Source: Lytechinus pictus (lineage: Eukaryota). From it: a stretch of 64,000 bases of DNA. Where the stretch lies: positions 5,084,001 to 5,148,000 of the forward strand of contig NC_087248.1 in assembly GCF_037042905.1 (NCBI RefSeq), read 5' to 3'. The number at the start of each line of letters is the position of its first letter. The first letter of the stretch is position 1. This document shows positions 13,428-24,029 of the stretch, piece by piece. A program made the translations under genes and the position numbers. Below the pieces are notes generated by a model. The model was not told the origin of the DNA. It saw nothing but the letters and a program-made list of their open reading frames with translations, and did not search any database.

Positions 13428-14135
13428 CCCTTTCCAATTGCATTATGGCGGTTTTTTATGATTCTTTTTCTCGAAACATGTGACGTGAGCAGAAATACAG
13501 GACATTTATGTCACTTCTTTCTCAATTATGGTGTGCATGAATTCGTGTCATCAACCATCAACGCGTATATAGTATCTGCATAGCTTTATAACCGTCAATA
13601 TTGTTTCATTATCAGATGCATTCATAACTAATGACTATGACGGCATTTTCAAAATAACTCTCCAAAATAATAAGAGTACTGTATATGCAAATATTCAAAC
13701 ACTTCACAACTTACAAGGCTTCATTGATTTTTGTTTCGTCGTCTGCGCGGACCGTTTGACTTTGGCAAAAAGAATCTGTTATATTTTTCTTTTTCTCGTG
13801 AGCCTGGACGACAAACTCACCTTGATTTTATACTGTCTGATTTTTTTTTTACATTGAGAGAACTCTGGAAGAAACTTCATTGAAATAGATATTGCAAGAA
13901 AGAAAGAAAATGTTTGGGTTGCGTGGGATGCGTCTTCTCACCAAATAAACATCAACTGAAACATCTGTTGTTCTTGCAACAATCACTTTGAAAATTTATA
14001 CACACGACATTGGAAAATGCGAAGTTTCCCGCCAAGCCGTCAATCGAGTCCCACTTTTCAGAATGTGTCGTTCTGATGACTTAGCCAGAATGGATAATTC
14101 TTAAGATAAATCTTACAAATCTCTTTATCAAAACA

Positions 14136-14764
14136 ATGTACGAACCTCGAATACTTTATGATGACAAAACAATTGGCATCATCCTTGGACATGCCGACAC
14201 ACTGGTATACTTGAATCGAACAAAGGCCAAGAGCAAGGTGTCCAAATCACCTATCAGCAGAAAGGCACATAAGAAGCCTCCTCATTGTCCTTCACGTTCC
14301 TCGATCTTGCCCAAAAGTGACAAAATGAAGCGAGAAGTGCTTCAAGGGCCTTGCCTCAGGAGTTGCTTCGTCATATCTATCTTCTTCAGCATCGTCGGGA
14401 TTGCCCTGGTTGTCGCCGGCACGGTCATGCTCACCAGACGACGGTCATCATCATCGCCGTCATCGTCGGGTAGCAACCACCAGTGGATGCTCATCTTGGG
14501 GTTACTGACGGTCTTTGTGGCAATTGCTTGTTACCTGTGTCTTCGGAACTACTGCGTCTACCATCTAGGAGAAGCTCCTGTCAAGGTGTTGTCCATTGAA
14601 GGGGAAGAACTGAAAGGTGGTAAATACCAAGTGGTGAAGAATGTTGAGGATAGTGAGAAGGGGCACACTGAGTCAGAGATTGTGCCACATCTGCAGGCAG
14701 ATGAAACACAAGATATGGAACTTAAAAAAGTCTCGGATGAAGAGGAGAATGACATCTCCACAAG
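14136..14764 (+). CDS. Uncharacterised two-pass membrane protein, coding exon 1
   Basis: Start context AAAACAATG. Two hydrophobic segments (CFVISIFFSIVGIALVVAGTVML; WMLILGLLTVFVAIACYLCL). Strong donor AG|GTAAGA at 14764/14765 (phase 2). Confidence 0.75.
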
Positions 14765-16158
14765 GTAAGAAAATCACGACTATCTTGTAATCTGTGTGTC
14801 AGGATACGCAGGGGCGGCAGGTCCATGGTTGACCTAAGGGGGGGGGGGGCAGAGGTCTACTTATAATTTCTGCCAAAAAAGTTCAAGTATTTCAAGCATA
14901 GACCTAAACAAAGGTAATGAAATAACGAGGGACAGTGAACCAAGTGAAAGTGAAGGTAACCTACTTAGAAGTAATTGCCCCACCCTATATAAATAAATGA
15001 CCACCAAACAAAAAAAGAGAGAAAAAACAAGTACTTGTTTAATGGGGTACGGAATATTCGATTTCCAAATGTCTACTCTATAAAACAATTGTTATATACA
15101 GATTCTTATGCATGTAGTTGACAGGTTAAAAAATTGTTCTTTCAATGTCTTTGGTAGGCCTATCAAAATCAAAACAGAATATCAACAGGACATTGAAATC
15201 TTAAGGATTGCCGAGGCTGTTACAAGCTTTGCTAGCTACTTGATATCATTCTAAACCTTGTTCATTATGTGCCAGTTTAATTTCAGTGATTAATATAGTA
15301 CATTTACATCTACGTCACGAGGAAATGAAAGGGTTTTCATTTCCACGAAAAGAGAATGGAAAAGTGATTCAGTTGAAATGGGGAAATTAGATGCGGGTAC
15401 CTACATTTATGAAAAACTTGTATTGCTGTGCGTATACGAAAAATTTATCTTTTACATAGAAAAAGAAACATAGCAAATGCACTGGGAAATGAACTTTACG
15501 ATGAGCCTAACTTGATTTTTGAATTACTATTTGGCAATTAGAACAAGAAGATTAAAAAACACACATAGTTTTCATAACGCATCATTTTTAATTTTTGTGG
15601 GAAAAAATTAAAAGTGAATTCGGAGAAATATATGATTTAAGGCTTCTGCCACATTCACTGGCATAGGATTAAAAAAAAACACTGAGAAATAAAAAAAAAC
15701 ACTGAGAAATCTCTAAACATACCTTTAATCGTATAATTTTCTTGAATGTTGGCGTATTCTACTCTTTTGCCTATAGATATGCGAATTCAATTAACTAATC
15801 ACCTATTTATTTAGATCGATTTTATAGCCCGTTCACATTTTTCAGGCCAAAGCACTGTATACATAATACTCAATTTGTTGTTTTGTCTTACCAATTTTTT
15901 TCAATGACATTATTTTACAAACATTGCTTTGTGGATTTCTCTTCTCCAATTTTACATTTATTTTAAATACATTATGTCAAGCAAGCATTCACCTCATTTT
16001 CATGAAATAGAATTTTACGATATTTTTGTGTTAAATAGAAGAGAAAAAATATTGTTGTCTCGTGTTATTTTAGAAATAGAACCTCCACTTCAACCTTAAC
16101 TTTATTGTCCTATTCATAGAATCTTTTCTTCTATTTATTCTGTTTGTTTTTCTTTTAG

Positions 16159-16324
16159 GGAAGGACATACGACCAACGATGTCAGTCTCACATTGATAGA
16201 AGAGCAAAGAAGAGAGTCCACATCTCTGCTAATTCACTCTGACACAGAATGTCATCTCGATGACCATCTCGACGTCGGGTTCCAAAGAGAGCTTCGAAGG
16301 ATGTCCAAGGTTTCGCAAGTTTAG
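16159..16324 (+). CDS. Two-pass membrane protein, coding exon 2 (not in the ORF track); spliced protein 264 aa ending ...RRMSKVSQV
   Basis: Polypyrimidine acceptor TTTTTCTTTTAG| at 16158. Phase-compatible with the 14764 donor and reads (R)EGHTTNDVSLTLIEEQRRESTSLLIHSDTECHLDDHLDVGFQRELRRMSKVSQV* without stops. Confidence 0.7.
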
Positions 16325-16530
16325 GGATCGAGCCCCAGATAATATTTGCGCCATTAGATATTTGGATTAGAGTACTATTATCTTTCTAATCAAGATTGGA
16401 TTTTCCAATATGACTTACTGTAATGTTGGTGCGTGAAAAGGACAACGAAAATAGTATAATCACATGCAGTAATATAGATTTTAAGAATATTGCAATTAGT
16501 AATTAAAAGTACAATTATTCAGTATTCTAA

Positions 16531-16653
16531 AACTTTATAGGAATTTGATTACCGTATTTATGTAGGCTTATACATAAGCCTATAAGCCTACATAAATACG
16601 GTAATCAAATTCATAAGCCTACATAAATACGGTAATCAAATTCCTATAAAGTT
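16531..16653. repeat. Local inverted plus tandem duplication (foldback) downstream of the stop codon
   Basis: AACTTTATAGGAATTTGATTACCGTATTTATGTAGGCTTAT is followed by two reverse-complement copies (16581-16612 and 16613-16653). Confidence 0.85.
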
Positions 16654-17152
16654 AGTTTAACTTATTCCAATCTGAATAGTCTAAAAATCTAAAGCGTTGA
16701 ACTTATTAAAGGAACTTTCAACCCTTTGTTAGAATACTGAATAATATATACTGTACATGTATAAGCCTGCATCAATACGAAGAAATACATGGTCTAAGTT
16801 TAAAAACGTAATCGGATAAACATAATATCATCATTATTCTTCAATGTGAATTAAAATTCATTAATTGAAACTTATACATGCTATATAAATATGTATTTAT
16901 ATGATTGGAGGTAATTTATAGATATTCATGTAATGTAAATTTATACATAATTATATAATTATATTGTTAATGTATTTCGATGATGACTGAAGGGGTAGGG
17001 GTAGGCCCCTACTCCATGCTGGTTGAAAATGATATCTCAGTAAACAGGCGAAAATTAACAATATGCGGAAAACATTCATCAAAGTCTAAAAAATAACGAA
17101 GTTATTGAATTTTAAATTTTAAACTTTAGCAAGCATTAGTAACCACATTATG

Positions 17153-17468
17153 ACGAGTATTCTGAAGTCAGGTTTAACTTACATCATGGTCTAACTCTGT
17201 GCTAAAATTATGGAAAGCCAAATATGTAAAATTCCTTACATTGTAATGTCATGAATGTTGCTTACACATTTATATGTTCTTTTCTATCTCGTGCATTGGT
17301 GAAGAAAGCTATTGTATTTATCCTTCCGAAACAGTGAAGAATGATTTGATAGAAAATGAGCTGATACACTGAAATTCTACTAGAGATTTATGCCACTATT
17401 GGCTATCCATAGTTAAACCACAACTTAAAACCGGAGTTTAAATTAAACCCGACTTTAGAATATGAGCC
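17153..17468. mobile_element. MITE, same family as 60876-61185
   Basis: TIRs GTATTCTGAAGTCAGGTTTAACT / ATTAAACCCGACTTTAGAATAT. Confidence 0.6.
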
Positions 17469-18244
17469 TTAAAGTTATTCAGTGCGGTTATGAATGCAAT
17501 AGGTGGGCTGATGACGTCCTCCACTTTTATTTCCGTACTCTATTACATAAAATCATATATTGTTTTATAAGAACAATATATCTCTTGTTACAAAATTAGT
17601 TGCAGGAATAATTATCTTATACATTCAATTAGCAACCAATCCTATTTTTACATTCTTGGAGGAAAAATTAAATAAATATGATTTCATATCAATGCAAGGT
17701 CGCTCATTGCACATTATTTTATGAAAACATGCATAGAATTACTGTTATTAAATTACCAAACTAATGCAAAATATAAAAATGTCAATGTCAACTTATTCCT
17801 TGTCCGATTTGATAATTGTTTTATATTACAAATTGTATTTTGCAAGGCACTTCTATTTCGATAATGATTGAAAACTTAACGAAGTTATTGTATTTTAAAT
17901 TTCAAACTTTCGCAACCATTTTGTGAACAAAGAAAGTTATTAAATGTTGTCATTGCATATTGATGCGTAGAATTACAGTTTCACCAAAATAAGACAAAAT
18001 ATAAAAATGTCATAACTTTTATTCCTTGTCCGATTTGATGAAATTGTCAATGTTTTGTTATTCTAAGTTTACTTTATTATCTGATCGTATATTATTTTCA
18101 GCATGGTCTTATCATTAATTCAAGATCTTATCCCGTGATAATTGTGGCCAACATTATGATAAGGACTTTGAGTTTGACATTAAAACAATAAGACAGTGCA
18201 CTTCGCTCCAGTCAGATTTGTACCATAATAATAATAAGAAGAAG

Positions 18245-18370
18245 ATAATGATGATGATAATAATAACGATAGGCCTAATGGTGGTCATGATGATGATGAT
18301 TGTGATGGTGAAGATCATGATGATGATGATGATGATGATGTTGAATTGATGATGATGATGATGATGATGA
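18245..18370. repeat. (GAT)n microsatellite
   Basis: Direct inspection; it explains the poly-His/Ile ORF 18154-18378. Confidence 0.9.
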
Positions 18371-18775
18371 AACGACACATTTCTTATGCACCGGACACCA
18401 TGGTATGAATTACTATGAAATTACGCTTCCTATAATCGTTGCTGAATTAATGTGACGTAAAATTATGAAGACTGCTTCACATAATTCGTTAGAATATAGG
18501 CTACGACATACAATGTTGAAAGAGGCGGAGCATGGGGTGAGAGGGGGTGAGAGAAGGAGTACAGACAGATAGAAATATTCAAAATTCCCCCTCCTCCGTC
18601 CTCCCCTCCTCAAGAGTTTTCAAAACACGTCAAACAATATAACGTAATTCTATGATATCGCCACAACAAAGAAAATAACTGAGATAGTTAAAATAGCAAC
18701 ATGATGCAACATATTCTGTTCACCTGAAGGAAGGAACTAAACTAATACTTAATTTCAATGAAAAGGAAATCAGTA

Positions 18776-19090
18776 CACTGGCGGATCCAGGTGGGCACAG
18801 CCGGCCCGCGTCCCCCCTTTTGAGAGGCCCAATTAAAATTTGTAATGTAAAAATTCCGTTAAAACAGAAGTGTACCCCCCCCCCTTTGAAAGTGCAGACT
18901 TTTTTTTTGCTTGTCAATTTTCTTCGTGGACGAAATGCCCTTAATTTCTGGTTAAAACCTTTTTTTTTTGGGGGGGGGGGGCTTGTCAATTTTTTTTCAT
19001 GGACGAAATAACCTAAATTTTTGGTTAAAACCCTTTTTTTTATCTCGGGAAATTCCCCCCCTCTTTCGAAAAATCTTGGATCCGCCCCTG
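18776..19090. mobile_element. hAT-like MITE (family also at ~9509-9735 and 63686-63907)
   Basis: TIR CACTGGCGGATCCA / TGGATCCGCCCCTG; 8-bp TSD AATCAGTA / AATCGGTA. Confidence 0.8.
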
Positions 19091-22000
19091 AATCGGTACA
19101 AGGCATGGATTATAATAGTGTACAACGCAACTTATAAAATGTAATGTTTCCTTTTATCTTGAACCACGACTAGCCTTATGTATGCTTATGTTTTTCTTCA
19201 CATGACACGCGTGGAGAGTTGTCATACTCTGTAGACCAATGATTAATGAAATTTGAATATAAATCAAATGAGCATCTATCAATGATGAAAAGGTGAAAAT
19301 CACTGATCAATATTTGCAGTAAATTAGAGCCCGTCTTATAAGCTGTGGTAAAGGATCGGAGTAGCATAATAACATTACATTATTGCAATAAGAGTAGTGG
19401 TTATTGAATGTGTTTTCAGTCGTTTGAATTTAAATTTGGCATTTTTCTTTCATCCGTCATAGAGTTTGGATTTGGCTTTTATCCCGGTTCCATAACATTT
19501 GCCCCTTTCAGCCTTTAGAGTTTTGATTTAGCATCTCTCTCAGTAGTGTTTTTATATTTTTATTTAAAAAAAGCAATTTGAGCACTTCTTTTACAGATTA
19601 AGTTATTGGATATTAGAAAGCTACTGACAATCTTGAATTGTTCAGCCCATGCTTGAGAAGGGGTTTTATATAAATACCCATGATATTTTATTTTAATTGG
19701 GCACTCGATCGAATAAATTTTATATGTAAAATCGGAAAATTTATCTCATAAAAATAATTTGTAGTTTATATCATTCACACAATAAACGTTGAGGGCCTAT
19801 GCGTTAATATCAAATGAATTGGAATAGCGACATGCACTTTTTTTGTGGGGGGGGGGGTACCCGAACTAAAGATAATTATGCTTAAAAGAAAAAAAATCAT
19901 CCCCACATTTCACATTATATTTTGACACTGCTCTTGTTGTAATATTCCTCTATTATATTAAATTTAGTTATGTTTAATTGAATTATTTATTTTCACCAGC
20001 GGCATTTTGGTGAATTTTTCGTCCCTCCATGGGGGGGGGGGGGGGGTGGAGATGACCCTCATCCATAGACTGCTACAAAATTCGAAATTCGGGGGGGGAC
20101 GGGGGCGGTATCACCGCCCATGCTTTTTTTTTTTTTACATACATCCAATACGTAAACAGATATTAATACAAAGTCAGCTATTTTGTAGCACGTTGGACAA
20201 AACACACGACATTTCGCTTGCAAGTTGTCATCTTTTTTTCTGTTTTGTGGCTTCATTTCACATTTACGGTCATATGCTTCCCTTTGGAAAGAAGACCAAT
20301 AATCAATGTTATGTTGTTCAGCTTGGCTGAAAATGATATGCTGATCTCGCAAGTCTAGGTGTACAATGAGTATTGTTCATGTTCGTGACGGAAACAATAG
20401 TTTTTTCCCCCCGAGATGTTTGACGTTACCTCGTCTTCCAAAATGAATTCATTAAATTAATTGAAACTGGAATGTGATGCTGATGATTTCGGGTATCAAT
20501 TTTCCTTTCCTTTACCGTTATACACATGTTGCCCTTCATCTCTTATTTCGCTCTGTTTACTGATTTATCTTTGAGAAATTAAAGGTTATGATCAGACTTT
20601 GAACCTACACTCTGAACTACGTTCTTATGAGTGCTAAAAAGGGACAAATGATTGGAGTATGGAACGAATGCTGGTGAATGAATGGTCGACGGATATCCGA
20701 TTTATTGAAATGAGACGAGAGAGGTGATCGATTGCAGTCGACGGATGATTAGACTGGAGAAACCAGAGTCGACGGTTGGTGATGGTTGTTAACCATTCTT
20801 TTGTAGACCATCAGCAACCAAACGAACGCAACTGACACTCAGGCACGGTTGCACCCTGACAAGAAAACCGTGTCAGCTGGAAGTTGGATTCGAGGCCGTC
20901 ACAATACTATAGAATTTAAAGCAATTCAACAAATTAACAAACAGAACAAAACGAAACAAATAACAAACAAGGAATAAATGAGAGCCCCAAAAATCTTTAA
21001 ACACATTAGTGAACACTTTCTGTAACACATTCATGAGCTTTGGAATATTAATTGAGATCATAAACATATTTATGCAAAACTTCTCTGTATCGCGTATAAT
21101 CATGATGATAATAGTATATCGATAGTACAAGTGAGATTCCATATATGTGTGTTAGTTTGTTCAGCTTTGGGGTCTGATTTAGGGGGGGGGGGGTCTCATG
21201 GGACGGGAGAATGCTCATATACATTCATTCTTTCAATTTGCATAGTTGTTACGTCTTTGTTTTATTATTTGCTTTAGCTGCATACATTAGTTGTTGAAAT
21301 GTTATTTTTGCATAATTTCGGATCATGTCTCTGTTCTGATACAATTTGCCTGCTATGTTTATTACACTGTTATTTAATTTGTGTATTGCACTGCTGCAAT
21401 TATCATTTTATTTTATATTTTCTTGATTATGTATGTATGAAGTTTATTTGAATTAATAATAAAGATCACTACAAAACAAAAAATACTAATTCAATGGTAA
21501 CTAAACACACAACAGTGAAAAATATGAATCCACAATGTACATGATTTAGAAAAAACAACAACAGGAAATTGACGTATAGGTGCTAAACGTGATGTTTGTG
21601 CTACAGAAATGAATGATCTTGAAAAAATATACAAGAAAGGTAGTTATATGATTCTAAAGTTATACTAGCCTCGAGAATATTGTTTCTATATATTGTCCAT
21701 ATATAATTTAGCGTATTGTTCCGTGTTCCGTGACATTTGCTCCGCTGTAAATTGCACATACTCAGTGGCGTACCGTGGGTCAATGCAGGGGGGGGGGGGG
21801 GGCACCATAAAAAATGAATCACTTAGTGGGCGCGCGAAGCGTGCTCTTTTGCCAGATCTGACATAATCGAGACACTTTAAGGACAGTACCATTGAATGGA
21901 TATGTATCTGACTGATCAAATAATAGAAGCGCGAGCTGAAAATTTTTGATATTCAGACAAAAAAGGGACATTATAAGCAATTTTTTTCAAACTTCAAGGT

Positions 22001-22576
22001 ACGTACCTGTCTCACTATACTATCGATGCGAGTGCAAAGCCCGAGCAAAAATTTGTGTATATATTGACCCCCAACTGAGGACATTAAGGATTATTTTTTT
22101 AGGAATTCATAAAGAACATACATATCTCACCATAGTCATCAAATGCGAGCGCCATGCGCTTGCTGATTTTGATAGAATTACACCTAAACACATGAAGCAC
22201 TATTTGTTGTCATTGTAATCATGAACATTATATATAAATCTCACTGATCAAATATTGCGAGCGCGAAGCGCGAGCTGAATTTTTTTAAATTCAGACCTGA
22301 AGAGGGGCATTCAGGCTTGTTTGTATGAATTCACTAAGACCATACATATTTCACTAACCAAATGATGCGAGCGCGAGGTGAAAATTTTTGATCTTCACTA
22401 CAAAAATGGAAATTTTAAGGACTGTTTTTATGAATTCATGAAGAGCAGACATATCTAACCAATGCACTAAAATGCGAACGCAAGCACGGACTGGAAATGT
22501 TTTATATTCACACCTTAAAGGGGGCAATCACTTTAAGTAGTCATGAAAAAGAAGCATATTATGTCATTACATAAAA

Positions 22577-24029
22577 TTTAATTTCATGATATACTTGACT
22601 ACATGATGGATAAATTTTGCTTGGAATGACTGGAGAAAAAAATACTGAACCGATCTGACATAACACACAGGCCAATACTGAAGTCAAAGTAAAAACTTTT
22701 GATGTGTCCCCAATGTCTTTAGAATGTTGGAGTAGTTTCCCCTTGCTCTATGTTACCGAAATAGATAAAACGACTTTATGAATCTATTCAATTGTTCACA
22801 TTTTATCTTAACACATAATTATGGGGATATTCAGTTTTATATCAAAGTCTTGCAACAAATGCCGAAAATGCTACCGGTTACACTACTCAATACTCGTTTT
22901 AATTGTCACATTCTGGACATCTTTATTCTATATGCTTACCCATCACTGGTAATATTCAGGTTAAATTATCCTAGTTAGATTTGTCCACGACAATGTGCAT
23001 AATGATCAGTTATTCTGGTCATATTAAATTGATCTAAATAATTATGCTATTTGATAAAAGCGTTACGAATATCTCCCCCCCCCCCAAAAAAAAAAAAAAA
23101 GCTTTAAAGGAATCAGTAAGCGATGCAACTGGCTTCAATCGGAATAATATATTGTGTTATCCTTTTTTTGTGACATTTTTAAATGAAAATATTTGACCTG
23201 TTTCTAAAGTATTGAATGGATTTCTATTGATTTCAATGGAAGTGTAAATAACAATCCCTAAATGGGAATTTCCCTATTGCAACATAATGACGACACCCGG
23301 GTCACAACAAATGCAATCATGTTGACTTTTCAACAAGAAAAGCATACGCTTGCGAGTTCAAGTGCACTGATGGAAAATACTGTAAGTGCAGTAGACCATA
23401 TATTAGCGCACTTGCATGTGGTATAACTGCCGTGGACCTATCCACGGAGGATTATCTATTGTTACTGGGGGTGCTGTGACAATGCTCAGCACCACCAGTA
23501 ACAATAGAATAATCCTCCGTGGATTGGTCCATGATAACTGCCCCCTCTATATAGGAAGGAGAGAAGGAAATGAACTGATATGAAATAAATCGGGACTCTC
23601 GCTCATAAACGTAGATACGCACGATGACTAGATAAGAGGTCGCTTGTGCCATGCATCTCATCATGTCTTGTAATTTCTTACTATCAGAAATTACTCTTTT
23701 CTAGTTCAATCCATGAAATAGAAAATATTTAAAAATGACTAGAATAACAGTACGTTGTACCATCAGCCAGGAGAGGATCCGTGATTTACGGGAGAGGGGG
23801 GGGGGGGGGCTCTGCTGAGCAGAAAGTCCTTAGAAAGGGGGTATGTATACCCCCTTTGCACCCTCCCTGTATCCACCTGCACACGACATTGTACGATGAC
23901 CGTTTAGTGATTTATATTAAGTGTTTGTTTTAAAGTACATGTTCGCCTTGTCTATCCTAATGCAAAAATCCACTCCTCATTTGAGTATACTATCTACCAT
24001 CATCGCCTCTATATACAATTCCACCAAAA
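22577..24029 (+). repeat. Segmental duplicate, copy A, of 32793-34370
   Basis: Collinear, highly similar sequence from TTTAATTTCATGATATACTTGACTAC to CATCGCCTCTATATACAATTC. Confidence 0.92.
23431..23533. mobile_element. 103-bp almost fully palindromic hAT-like MITE
   Basis: 8-bp TSD ATAACTGC. The empty site is visible in duplicate copy B (~33853). Confidence 0.85.
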
